From positions 103,168,001 through 103,232,000 of the forward strand of contig NC_043006.1 in the NCBI RefSeq assembly GCF_006345805.1: 64,000 nt of DNA, written 5' to 3'. The translations under genes and the position numbers were made by a program. Each line of letters opens with the position of its first letter. Positions within the stretch are counted from its first letter, which is position 1. This DNA is from Octopus sinensis. Taxonomy: Eukaryota. Positions 1 to 12,579 of the stretch are shown here, in pieces. The notes under the pieces were generated by a model that saw only the letters and a list, made by a program, of their open reading frames with translations, was not told the DNA's origin and ran no database searches.

Positions 1-179
1 GAGTTCGATGTAATAAACATGGAATGAAATATACAAAATATGGCAAACTCCGTCATAACCTCCCCGAGAGTCAAAAAGAAAAGTAAAAAAACAAGGCAAA
101 TTCAAGACCAACACTTTAAAGGAACGTAACTATGTAACGAAGTCAGACATAAACCGAAAGAGAAATTAGACAAGTTATA

Positions 180-375
180 TTGTGGCACGCCGGACAAAGC
201 GCTTAGGGAGATATCGTCCGTCTTTACGGTGTGAATACAAATTCCAACGAGGTTCACTCTGCCTTTCATCTGTTCAGTTCGATAAATGAAGTACCAATTG
301 AGCACTGGTGTCAATGAGACAGAAATACATTCTCCCCGAAAATACTAGCTTTGCACCAAGATTTCGAAACCAATA
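180..375 (+). mobile_element. Diverged SINE copy, window family B
   Basis: Matches family-B blocks (gcacgccggacaaa..., ctttcatc...gataaa...gtacca...gagcactgg) seen in better copies at 44438 and 60378. Confidence 0.65.
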
Positions 376-433
376 TTAATGTAAATACATTTTTTTATAT
401 GTGAATATATTGTTTTTAATATAAAAAGTAATC

Positions 434-481
<48 letters not shown>
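434..481 (+). repeat. (TAA)n microsatellite directly 5' of R4 copy A
   Basis: Pure AAT run immediately before the truncated ORF at 482. Confidence 0.95.
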
Positions 482-482
<1 letters not shown>

Positions 483-929
483 TGCCGATACACACAGATA
501 GAGAAATTAAGGCCAACAGACGAGATATAGTTGTCAGAGATCATGAAGAAAAAAAATGCTTTGTAATTGATGTATCAATACCGGCAGATGACAACGTGTC
601 TCTAAAAGAAATGGAGAAACTCTCAAAATACAAAGACCTGGAAATAGAGGTAACCAGAATGTGGAATCTGAAAACAGAAACAATTCCTATCATAGTAGGT
701 GCATTAGGCATGATAAAAAAATATTCAGACAAATACATAACAAAAACACCAGGACTTACAAACACATATAACATACAGAAAATTGCACTACTAGGCACTG
801 CACACATCCTACGCAGAACACTTTCCATACAATAACCATCAGACCATCACAACAAATCACAGCGCATACCCAAGGCACACAGAGCTGCGCTCGGTAGTGA
901 AGTGAAAGCACGCTATAAAAATAAAACTA

Positions 930-966
<37 letters not shown>

Positions 967-1003
967 TAATAATAATAATAATAATAATAAATAATAATAA
1001 TAA
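482..1003 (+). mobile_element. R4/Dong-clade non-LTR retrotransposon, 5'-truncated 3' fragment (copy A) with (TAA)n tail
   Basis: ORF 482-835 has the RLE-type C-terminus (RDIVVRD...FVIDVSIP...EKLSKYKDL..E...MW...PIIVGALG), then a ~95-nt 3' UTR and a TAA tail at 933-1003. Confidence 0.88.
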
Positions 1004-1043
1004 CACCTTATTATATGCAGTTAAGATGTTATTATTATAATAA

Positions 1044-2265
1044 TGCATATAATAAGGTGTTAGTCATAAATTCCTTAGCAGTCCCAGTTGTTCTTTATAG
1101 CTTCAATGTGCTTAACTGGAACACCAGTGAAATAATGAAAATTGACAGAAAAATCCGCAAGCTACTGACTTGTAAGAAGATGCACCATCCAAAGGCAAAC
1201 ATGGATCGCCTTTACCTTCCCAGAGCTCAGGTAGGTCGAGGTTTGATCCAGCTTGAACTTACATACAAAACCACCACGATCGGACTGGCCAAATACAAAA
1301 GCACATGAAAAATTAGCTAGCAGATGGGAACAGAAACCTCTCCATGGCAAGTATGTGGCCCGTAGCAAACAAGCTGATGTCGACCAGAAGCACACACACC
1401 AACGGTTACGAAGCTCAGGGCTAAAAGCAGAGAGTGAAGGTTTCATATTAGCTGCTCAAGACCAAAGTTTATTAACCCGGAACTACCAAGCCAATGTGAT
1501 AAAAAATGGAGCTGACCCAAAATGCCGATTCTCTTACAATGAGATTGAAACAATAGACCACCTAATCTCAGAGTGTAGAGTCTTAGCACCTGCAGAATAT
1601 AAAGCAAGACATGACAGAGTCGGCCAGTATTTACATTGGACAATACGTCAGCATTATAAAATCAAAACTGCTGACAAATGGTATAAACACCATCCTGAAG
1701 CTGTGACTGAGGGAGAAAATGTGTCGATTCGATGGGACTTCCCCGTACAGACTGACAAGACTATAAAAGCTAATAAACCGGATATTATTATAGAAGATCA
1801 CACAAAAAAGATGTGTTTACTAATTGACATGAGTATCCCTTGCGATCATAATATAGCGGCGAAAGAATTTGACAAGATTAAAATATTTGCTAATAGAAAT
1901 TGAAAAAATGTGGCATCTCAAGGCGACTACAGTACCAGTGATTGTAGGATCTCTAGGAAGGATAAAAAAAGGTACTGAAACCTATTTGAAAATGATTCCA
2001 GGCTTACCATCCCTACAGGAAGTGCTAAAAATCGTATTAACTGGAACGGCTCATGTACTGAGAAGAGCATTATCGCTGTGAAAACAACATCCATCCATGA
2101 ATTTATTTATTTATTAATTTTTAAATACATGTTTTATCTGTGAATTTGCGTGTGTACTCTGGGAATGCATACAATGAGCTTCTCTGCCCTAGGTGTATGG
2201 AAAACACTCGGCGAGAAACGGAAGATAGTTTGAAGAAAGAAGGAAAAAAAAATAATAAAGTAACA
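1044..2265 (+). mobile_element. R4/Dong-clade retrotransposon 3' fragment (copy B), frameshifted
   Basis: Three overlapping ORFs (1015-1308, 1253-1903, 1869-2081) give the late RT region (DRLYLPR..GRGL), a degenerate CCHC finger (CRFSYNEIETIDHLISEC) and the RLE (KPDII...LLIDMSIP). It has an internal deletion relative to copies C/F. Its 3' UTR is related to copy F. Confidence 0.9.
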
Positions 2266-2301
2266 ACAAAAGAATGAGGCCTCGATATTAGATGGAGGAT
2301 A

Positions 2302-2302
2302 C

Positions 2303-2385
<83 letters not shown>

Positions 2386-2417
2386 CCTACCTATCTATCT
2401 ATCTATCTATCTATCTA

Positions 2418-2455
<38 letters not shown>

Positions 2456-2456
2456 C

Positions 2457-2527
<71 letters not shown>

Positions 2528-2532
2528 CCTAC

Positions 2533-2600
<68 letters not shown>
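2302..2600 (+). repeat. (TATC)n tetranucleotide microsatellite
   Basis: ~300 bp of near-pure ATCT repeats. Confidence 0.97.
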
Positions 2601-2680
2601 ATAATTTTCATCAGCTACATCCTGGAAGGGTCATTTATTAACACACAAAACTGTTAAATTCACTTTAAATTTCAATAATA

Positions 2681-2786
2681 TATTTTATGAGGTGTCAAGA
2701 TTTTCACTGCGACAAGTTTTACATTGGAACAGTTTTTAGTGTCCCGGCTGCTGTTGTTCAACGAACATTTTGACACCTCATGAAAT
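2681..2786. repeat. Small inverted-repeat (MITE-like) element
   Basis: Arms attttatgaggtgtcaaga and tttgacacctcatgaaat are near reverse complements around a ~70-bp spacer. Confidence 0.55.
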
Positions 2787-3048
2787 AAATCTAATGTGAA
2801 TTCAACAGGTTTCTGAGTTATTGAAATGTCATTTCTATCACGCAATAGCTTCAGTTTAAATACAAGGTCTCAGATCAAGTCACCAGAGAGACAAATACAA
2901 CTGCAAAATACATAATATTCATTTCTTTGTAAATATAATTATTTGCGATCAATTTATTATGGATAATTTAGCATAAAACGCATGATTACCAAAATAAACG
3001 AATAAATTTTCTGAAATGAAACTCCTTCCAGCAAATACTAATTATATG

Positions 3049-3290
3049 GAGCCCTTTCTAAATTATATCTAGCCCTTTCTAAATTATATCTAGCTCTTTC
3101 TAAATTATATCTAGCTCTTTCTAAGTTATATCTTACCCTTTCTAAATTATATCTAGCCCTTTCTAAATTATATCTAGCCCTTTCTAAATTATATCTAGCC
3201 CTTTCTAAATTATATCCAGCCCTTTCTAAGTTATATCTAGCCCTTTCTAAATTATATCTAGCCATTTCTAAGTTATATCTAATCCTTTCT
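3049..3290 (+). repeat. 21-bp minisatellite (ctagccctttctaaattatat) x~11
   Basis: Visible tandem units; explains the RYNLERA ORF at 3038-3265. Confidence 0.95.
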
Positions 3291-3700
3291 AAATCTCATG
3301 TGAGTTCCACAATTCAACGCTTTTTTTTCATCTGGGAAAGAGTTAGTTGCATTCGATAGAAGATCACACGGCTGACTGCTATGACATCACTCTCTATTGC
3401 GCTTCGGCATCTGTACGATAAACACAGTTTGTCTACCGCTACGCGATTGGTCACTTTGCTTCGGTAAAGGATCATTTTGTTGCTCATGCAAAGACTTTTC
3501 TCACAGACTTAAACAGAAGAATATATAAATAGATATATGAGGAATATTACATTCTTTTCATTGATGGTAGTATCGGTCGGGTTACTGTTGTAGTTGCTCC
3601 TGGTGTCGATGCTGTTGAAGTTCCAGGATTTGTTTTCAACGTCTTGGTACTTTAAACCCATAGACACACTTCGCCAAAGCGTTATCACTATTTGTTGGAC

Positions 3701-4120
3701 CTGGCAGCGAGCTAGCCGAAAGATTAGCACGCCAGGTAAAAAGATTTAGCGGTATTTTGTCCATTTTTACATTTTGGATTCAAATGCCACCGGATCGACT
3801 TTGCCATTCATCATTTCGGGGTTGATAAAATAAGTACCAGTTGAGCACTGCGGTCGATGTAATCGACTCTACCCCTCCCCACAAATTCCAGGCCCTACGG
3901 TGAGCGGGATGAATAGTTAACACGCTGGGCAAATTGCTTAGAAGAATTTCATCTGTCTTGACGTTTTGGGTTCAAATACCGCTGGGGTCGACTTTGCCTT
4001 TCATCGTTTCGGGGTCGATAAAAGCAGTACCAGTTGAACACTGGGATCGTTGTAATCTACATATCTCTTCCCCCGAAATTGCTGGCCTTGTGCCAAACAA
4101 TTGAAACCATTGCTTGATGA
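3701..4120 (+). mobile_element. Two tandem family-B SINE copies
   Basis: Head ggcagcgagctagc...ttagcacgcc at 3701 and again at ~3897; each has the gtcgactttgcc...ggggtcgataa...gtaccagtt core. Confidence 0.8.
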
Positions 4121-5629
4121 ACCTGGTAGCATCTAAACTTTTTGATCTAGACTCAAAAAATTATTGCTGGATGCCCATACTTCGCGATTCAGGTACAGTA
4201 TTTCCTCCCTTTTCTAAAAAAACAAAAAAAAGTTTTAAACCTCAACACCGCATGTCACCGAAAACTAGTTAAATATATACTGCCCTTGCCAGTCCCTTAC
4301 AGTAATAAATCAGACCTACCGCCTGTTTCGTGTTTAACCTGAAAGAAGGGTTGGTCTTTATATAAGCTTTGAGTGTTTTCGTACTATTTCTAGTATCACA
4401 CATCGCTACAAATAAGAGAGATGAAGTCATCAAGTACAAGTACTCTGGCCAGCAGTGGTGGTGTTGGTGGTAGGAATGGTGGTTTTTGTTATGATGATAC
4501 TTCCCCTGGGGAAATAATTGCTATCGTTCTGCGCTTTGATGTTAGAAGAGTAATTTTCTGTGTTACTTTGTTATTTCGTGCTGTTTATTTTGTTGGTTTG
4601 ATGTGGTGGGGAGGAGGATTTTAATGTAGCGCTGGTGATGGTAAGTAAAGTTTTGTTATTGGTAATCATAGTAGTACTATTGAACTTTTTTTCCCTGTTT
4701 TTGTTTTCCTTTTGTATTTTTTTTCTTCCACGCGTGTTGTCTTAGTCTCGTACATTTGGCCAGCGATATTCGATCAGTTGTTGGTTAACAACTGGATGCG
4801 GGTTCCAGATAAAATATGTCCAAGCCCGATTGAGGACCACATGGCTTACTGTAACATACTGTGCGTTCACATTTGAAAACGGGAACAGAATTGTAAGCGT
4901 TTCTTTCCTTCTCTTTCCAACTTCTTCCTACTTACTTTTTAAATTTAGATTCTGGGTTCAGCAATGCCTGAAACAGAGTACAGCAAGGACAAATCTTTAC
5001 TCTCAAACTTTATAACACCTCACACCCAGCAAAATATAAATACGACGTCATATACAGAAAACCTCATACTGTTACAAACTTCTGCTATTTTTCTAATATT
5101 GCTACATAGCTACTCCTGCTAAATACCAACCACTTGAAATACAGCTCCAAATATATAAACTATAAGTAGTACCGAACACACCCAAACATCACCCATCTTA
5201 CCAGCAACATCAAAGAACATCAAATGCAACCAACCATCACACTCAACAACACAAACATTGTGGAGTTGCTATCGCTATTTACCCCGCTTGATATTTCATG
5301 AGGAGAAGTGGGAAGAGGAAGTGTCAAGAGTAGTGTAATTCATATAATTGTGGCATTGATAGTCACGAGAATGGTGGAGCTGATGGTGGTTGTAGAGGAG
5401 GCGGGAGACGTGTTTAGCTTTCAGTAGAGACCGCTACATTGGACAACGGAAAGAATAGATCGATTTGTACTGTCATTCGGTACGATTTCAAAGTTTTCAG
5501 TTGACTGCAGATTAATAAACAGTTCTACAAATATGAATAGATATGGAAGTTTAAATTCGAGCAGATGCAAACAGCGAATATGTATGTGAGTATGAATATA
5601 ATCATCACGGCTGGCACACTAAAACCGAT

Positions 5630-5900
5630 AACATCACCGCCAACACAACGGTCACCACTAGTGGCAGCAACAGCAGCACCAGCACCACCACCACCACCAC
5701 CATCACCACCACCACCACCACCACCACCACCACAACAACAACAACAACAACAACATCTCCACCGCCACCACAGCCGCCGCCGCCGCCGCCACCATCACCA
5801 CCACCACTGTTGCCAACGATACCATCGACACAAAAAGCACTGCCACTACTGCTAACATACCAACAATACAACACACCACTAAAAGTACTATCAGTACCAC
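5630..5900 (+). repeat. Compound CAC/CAA/CGC trinucleotide repeats
   Basis: Low-complexity triplet runs that generate poly-P/Q/H/V ORFs in several frames. Confidence 0.9.
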
Positions 5901-6045
5901 CATTACAAGCAATAAATACGACCACTTCGAAATCACGAACGCGAAATCAAACACGGTATGCACGGAGAAGCATGAACCAATATGTACAAATGTTCATATA
6001 TAAATATACATACATACATACATACATATATACATACATACATAT

Positions 6046-6124
<79 letters not shown>

Positions 6125-6126
6125 TA

Positions 6127-6262
6127 GGCGCAGGAGTGGCTGTGTGGTTCCGGGTTCAGTCCCACTGCGTGGCACCTTGGGCAAGTGTCTTCTACTATTG
6201 CCTCGGGCCGACCAAAGCCTTGTGAGTGAATTTGGTAGACGGAAACTTAAAGAAGCCCGTCC
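6127..6262 (+). mobile_element. Family-A SINE, 5' half with internal deletion, flanked by (TA)n
   Basis: ggcgcaggagtggctgtgtgg/ttccgggttcagtcccactgcgtggcaccttgggcaagtgtc...aagaagcccgtc. It lacks the aagtagcttgcttaccaaccacatgg segment present in full copies at 49787 and 51533. Confidence 0.9.
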
Positions 6263-6277
6263 TATATATATATATAT

Positions 6278-6345
<68 letters not shown>

Positions 6346-6564
6346 ATGGATCAACATATAATGGATATATATGTGTATATTCTGTATCTATCTATCTATC
6401 TATCTATTTATCTATCTATCTACCTGCACATACACACACACATATATATGTAGAGAGAAGAGAGAGAGAGAGAGGGGGAGAGAGAGGTAGATATGTATGT
6501 ATATGTATATACATATGATGTACAACAGAACTATGCATGCATGTGCATATATACCTACATATGC

Positions 6565-6602
<38 letters not shown>

Positions 6603-7396
6603 GCATATACATACATATACACGCATACATATATTTATATACAAATACACACACACAATGACATCAAGGAAGAGTGATTTTTCTTAACTACTTAAAGAAA
6701 GTAAAAAAAAAAACTGCTGGATTCCTTTCGCGATTATTTTTCACAAAAGATTTGGCAGTGAAATATCGAAAAAAAATCGCTCGGTTTCACGACATTTTCT
6801 TTTCCTTTACAAGGTCACAGAATCGCAATGAACATTTTTGTCAGTTCAAAATAGAATGTTGCTATTAAAATATGAATACTGACAATGGCAATTTTTCTGT
6901 GCTCATAAATGGTTAAATTCACCTCGGCATATTGTAAGTCTTTAGTTTCCATTCATGATCTCAAATACAAAGCACTTGCTAAACACTTAAATACTCCGAA
7001 AATATATACGTGCTTATGCATAAATTATGTATATATGTATGCATGTATGGATATACACATAAATACACACATATCAAGTATGTGTGTGTATGTGTATATG
7101 TGTTTTGGAGTATGTGTAAGTATGATAGAATAAGTTATGAAAAGACTGTTTTAAGGCTTCAAATCATTTATAGTATATTTATACCGAAGAGAGAACAAAC
7201 ATTTGTAAATATAGCAAGAAAAAAACAAACAACGAATAGTGATTCGGTGAAGTTGCGTACAATTCTAGTAAAGTCATATAATAATACTGATGTGATGAAA
7301 GAAAAATTCTTGTGATCCTTTCATATATATATATATATATAATTGTCGACATTTGTGTTTCACACACGTATATATGAATATATAAGAGTGGATGTG

Positions 7397-7436
<40 letters not shown>

Positions 7437-7437
<1 letters not shown>

Positions 7438-8000
7438 TAGCTGAAAAGAGCCGCCTAGTATGGCGGCTTCTAAACTGCCTCCTGTGGAGGGCTCTTCATT
7501 GGGCTTTGGGCTCAACAATAACACTTCATGCATTGAGTACATATTAGATTTTATTAAACTTGAATATTTTCAAGTAATGAACAATTTGCATCAAAACAAT
7601 AATATAATTTGTCGACTTGGGACTTATTGCAAAGCTTCATGATAAAAAATCATTTTTTGCCTTCCCATTCGGGATCAGTACAAATAGCTTGTTTCCATTC
7701 CTTACCCTTGAAAAACCAACATATAGCTGGCGGTAGGCTACAATAAACTTATCTTTTAAAAGTTCAACGATAATTGTTCTGCCGTCACTTAATTTAAAGA
7801 CAATTTTGATGTAGGTAGGGCCTTACTTTTCGTACAAACAATTTATTTGTAGTCGCTGGTACGGATCTAAACTTCTGTTCATAGAAATTACATCACTGTC
7901 GCTAAAAACTATTTTCAAGTGCGATATTTATGGTTTGGTATTGCTCTAAACGTATTTGACCATAAAGATGTTTGAATTTTAGTATTTTTTAGTTTTTGTT
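7437..8000 (-). mobile_element. Helitron 3' end with decayed helicase C-terminus
   Basis: Minus strand ends with hairpin agccgcc-atacta-ggcggct, 8 nt, then CTAG (7437-7440) next to (TA)n. Positions ~7624-7740 translate to RQLYVGFSRVRNGNKLFVLIPNGKAKN..YHEALQ*, matching the PIF1-like RepHel terminus. The 5' boundary is uncertain. Confidence 0.8.
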
Positions 8001-8514
8001 AAGGTAATAATCAAACTAGTCGAATCTATTTTCATGCAGCCGGAGTGCGCCAAGTTTCCATAGCTCCGAAGGCCGACGGCATGAAAATACATCCGACAAA
8101 TCTTATTAACATCTGAAAAAACACGAAGTTTCCAACATTTTTATGGTTGAGAGTTACGACAGGTCCTATTGTATGAGAGAGTGAGTTCAACGCTTATTTC
8201 ATTTCCGAACGTTATGAAGCACCTATTATTGTTAGACTACTTGATGCAGTTATAATATTTAAAGCAACATTTTTGCAAAATGCTTATTTTGAAAATTACT
8301 TTTGAGAATAGTTATAATATTTAGAGAAATATATTTTTCAAAATATTAGGATTAAGAAAAAACCAAGAATGAAGGATAGTAGAAGAGTCATTGAAAAGTG
8401 AGGGAGGGGTAAGGCATGAGGGATAGTAGAAGTGTCATTGAATAGTGAGAGAGGGGGTCGGAGGAGTAAAGTTGAAAAAAGTGCGACACAGTGACATACG
8501 GACATTAGCTTTCG

Positions 8515-8540
8515 CATTTATCATCATCATCATCATCATT

Positions 8541-8582
<42 letters not shown>

Positions 8583-8590
8583 GTCATTAT
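8515..8590 (+). repeat. (CAT)n microsatellite
   Basis: Pure ATC run. Confidence 0.95.
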
Positions 8591-8626
8591 ATGTATGTAT
8601 GTATGCGTGTATAAAGCATAGAGAAA

Positions 8627-9545
8627 ATACAAGCATAGCAAATACCATAAAACATAAATTACAATTAACTTCGCTGCTAGAGTCTGTATCGTAATTACCA
8701 AATAGCAATTAAGATCAGCTCCACTTGACAAGAGAAGAATCTCCTAACATTACATGTAATTAGGGAAAAGGAATGGTTTATCGTCAGGAGATAAGAACAC
8801 AACCATGACCACGTGGTTTTGGTTTGATAGCCATCATCAGCACCCCAATTGTATTTATATTTAAACAGGTAGACACACACACACACACAGACACACACAT
8901 ACATACACACACACAAACACACACATGTATACATACAGAGACACACATACACAGCTGAACTAAAAGAAATAATCCAGGGTGGTCAGCGCCATGTGTTTGA
9001 ACGACATAGGCAAATACAGGTATATCAAATACCATACAACCTAAGTTATCATTACATTACAATTATCTTCTCTCCATGTGTTGTATCATATTTACCGAAT
9101 AGCAATTAGGATAAGTTCCACTTCCGACGCGAAGATTATCACAAGAATCACTAATTCTCCGAAGATCACATGTGATTAAGGAAAAAGACAGTTCTTCTTT
9201 GTTCGGAGACAAGAGGACAGTTGTGGACTCGTGATCGCGGTTCGAGTGACGTCATCACCACCACAATCGCCCGATCTTATCTCCTGTAACCAAACGACTT
9301 AAGACATACAAATAAGAGTAGAACGCAATTATGGCCGAGACAATTTGCCTAATTTAAACAAGAATGAGGTAAGAGAAAAATATCAGAATGGTCAGTGGTA
9401 TGTATTTGAACAAAATGGAGAAATACAGGTATATCAAATACAGTGCTACATAAATTCCTGATTTATTAGAATTATTTCCGCCTCTAGAGAATGTATCGTA
9501 ATTACTAAAACTGCAATTAAGATCAGCTCCACTTGAGTAGAAGAG
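8627..9545. repeat. Degenerate ~400-bp tandem repeat, ~2.3 units
   Basis: Block gcaattaagatcagctccacttga recurs at ~8706, ~9102 and ~9514. Block gcaaatacaggtatatcaaatac recurs at ~9011 and ~9420. Confidence 0.75.
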
Positions 9546-10440
9546 ATAAGGTTCAAGGAATTTTTCCAAAGTTGATATGCCATTAAGGTATTATTCTTTC
9601 GAATGTAACCCTTTGTGCAAAGAAGACTATATTCACGTTTTAGTCAGCTTTTAGTGCGGAGAAACGTTTAATCGAATAAAACTTGAACAATTACTATCTC
9701 GAATGGAACTCAGCACCATCGTTATTGATGGAACATTTAGCTTGATCTTCCAGTCTTCATGTCTGCAAAGTTGATGTTCAACAGACAAAGTTGATGTCTG
9801 CAGATATGGAAATGTCTTACCATTGTCGGCTCATTGATTACCGACTGATGGTAGATAAAATGATATATATATATATAGGAAGTTTGTCTGTTAAAGACTT
9901 TGATTGTTTTGAAGATCTAAACAGTAGGACAATATCTGAAAAAAGAAAGAAAGAAACAGAAAAACAAACAAAATACAATCACCAAGCAACCATTAACAGT
10001 TACTAAGTCAAGCAATAAATGTGAAATATCTAAAGACACGACAATTCCCTGTGCACTTGAAGCTGTGGTTATGGTATTGTCTAACATATAATACGAGGCA
10101 TTTCTTGCAATTATTCACAGAGCTCTCATTTATATCTACTGATATAAATGCTCTATTGAGACATTCAGATATTCAATATTTTCATCAGCATTGAAAAATG
10201 GCGCTGTTTCTATCTGAAATGTGTCCACTTTTCAATAATATGCAATGGAGACCGGATAAAAATTTGATGGCAGCTTCTATACATTGCAACATTTCTACAC
10301 TGATGTCATACTGACCTTCTCAAGAGTATTTGATATTATTTGGGAGTTATTTTGCTGGATTGTCAGCATAGACGTCTGGTATGTACCACACATGCACACA
10401 CGATTCTGCCAGCTCACCGCCTTATATATATATATATATA

Positions 10441-11220
10441 TACTACCCTAATTACTCGGCGTTGTTCGGAAGGTTAAAGAACCTTAAAAGAAATAAATAT
10501 ATACATTCTGATAAAAAGACATATTTTCAGATGACGAGAGTGTAAACAGTTATTAAAACAAATCCTCAAATCAATCACTGTTTAATTTTGTAGAATTTCT
10601 AAATATACGGTGTTTTCAGTGTGTCCTTTAATTGGGGTACAAATAAAAAGGTTTTTGGGATTTCCAGCTCGCGAATATCCTACATATAATTGGCCATGAG
10701 TGAAGCAAGGTTAAATCCAACACTCTTGAGAGATTATCCTCGAGATTTGTTTATTGACATACCAAAAGTTAGTTTCACTGAGGACTGGAGCCGTTTAAAC
10801 TGAAAGATTAGGTGAGATGGAATGAATGGGATCCGTGGAATGAAGACATACTCACCGTTATATCTCCCAGGGATAATTGCTGCCATAGCACAGGTGAGGT
10901 GGATCCAGATTCCTGAGTAGCATGATTGGGTGTTAAGCATCTTTTTAGGTGTTACGTTGTGTGGTGGCGTCCCATATGGCTGTAGAGACTTCAGAAACTC
11001 AACTGAAAAAACTAGAGCTTGATCCTGGTCAATGACTGTCGATGGATTTGAAAGACAGTTCTTCTCCCGGAAACAGGTGATTTTGTCGACAGCATTATGA
11101 CGTGGAGCTAAGATGCGTCGCCATTGAGTGTTCCTAACGAGACAATCTCGTAAAAACCAATTCTTAAACAGCAGTCAGACTCGAGACAAATAAACCAGAG
11201 CTGCAGGTCCTTTCATTCGA
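10441..11220 (-). mobile_element. Helitron RepHel helicase remnant with 3' terminus
   Basis: Minus-strand translation gives ILAPRHNAVDKI, VEFLKSLQPYGTPPHN and EYVFIPRIPFIPS..FQFKRLQ..VKLTFGMSINKSRG (PIF1-type motifs), with stops and frameshifts. A degenerate terminal hairpin (ctcggcgttgttcgg) lies at ~10455, next to (TA)n. Confidence 0.85.
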
Positions 11221-11499
11221 CTTTACTTAAGAAATCATGAAATTGTAAAATTGGTTAAATGGATGTAAATAGATCTTTTTAAAGTCACTAAGTACTTTTT
11301 GAACCATTCTGTTATGTACACACACATTCGTGCACGCACGCACACCATGAATTCGAAGCAGCTTGAGATATATAATGCACGTACATGTGTTGTCGGTTCT
11401 TCGGGCGGCTGCGGTTTTTAGGCGAAACAGAAAGTCGCAGACAGACGAGACTACTTACATCGAGTCCCTTCTTTTTTCCGGAACGATAGACGACACTCA

Positions 11500-11810
11500 T
11501 TATAACAGTATCACAGTATCGACCAGACCATCAGATGCTGTTATACACCGCTGATCACAGTGAGCTTCCGCTTCAGTCTTGACTGCGTCATTCTTTTCCA
11601 ACTGAACACAAATTCCTTGACTATGTCGTCTTCCCATCATCGTGGAGACCTTCCAAGTGGCCTTTTCGATCTCTTGGATACCATTCGGAAATTGCACGAG
11701 TCCACCTGCTGTCTTTGAATCTTGCGACATCTCCATCCCAGCGGCACTTGTGCCATCGCTACTCTGCGATCACATCGTTCACTCCCCTCTGTTCTCGAAA
11801 TATCTCATTT
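11500..11810 (-). mobile_element. RTE-clade LINE 3' fragment
   Basis: Minus translation GVNDVIAE*RWHKCRWDGDVARFKDSRWTRAISEWYPRDRK, then shifted WEDDIVKEF; a typical RTE C-terminal KWRWAGHVAR...RW segment. Confidence 0.75.
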
Positions 11811-11882
11811 CGAATGTGCTCTCTTTTATATATTCCTAGCATGTATCAATATTTGTATGCATATACATTCATACATACATGC

Positions 11883-11914
<32 letters not shown>

Positions 11915-12579
11915 CAATGTGTGAGAGTGTGCGCACGCGTGTATATGCGTATATATTTTAAAAGCTAAAAAAATATATACACATATGCATATTTATACAC
12001 ACACACATATATATATATGCATACATATAAGCACTTTTATATATATATAAATGCATCATACGTATACGCATACACACACTTACACAACAAACCCATACAT
12101 CATTTCATTTATATAATTTTTACGTTCGTATAGGCAAGATTTTATGACAGACAAAACATTGTAATTGATTACTTTGTTAGTAATATTTTAATAAACATAA
12201 AATAAAGGAAAAGATAAACAGCCAAGTGTTTTACTGTTGAATCTTTTATTTGCGTCTATGAATAGAAAACCTTATTAATGTTTTGGTAGACACTTGAAAA
12301 TCAATTGTATTTGGTAAGCTTTTAAAATTTGACTTAAATATTTTAATAATCTATCTCCCACAAATATAAACGTAACAAACAAGAACTTTGTTTATTTGTA
12401 TCATTCAATAACTAATATGTTTCATAAGATGATAAAACTAGTTGAGATAATGGAGGATTAAAATTTGATAGTTTGTCTATTGGTCACTTCCTAATACCTT
12501 TTATACTCTTTGTTGATTCTATTTCAACTAAGTGAATTTATTTGAGATTGATATGGAATGTAATCAATAATTAATACAA

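Noticed and set aside
3049-3290. CRISPR-like array
   Set aside because: Contiguous 21-bp units with no unique spacers, no cas genes and a eukaryotic context. The same applies to the ~400-bp and 303-bp repeats.
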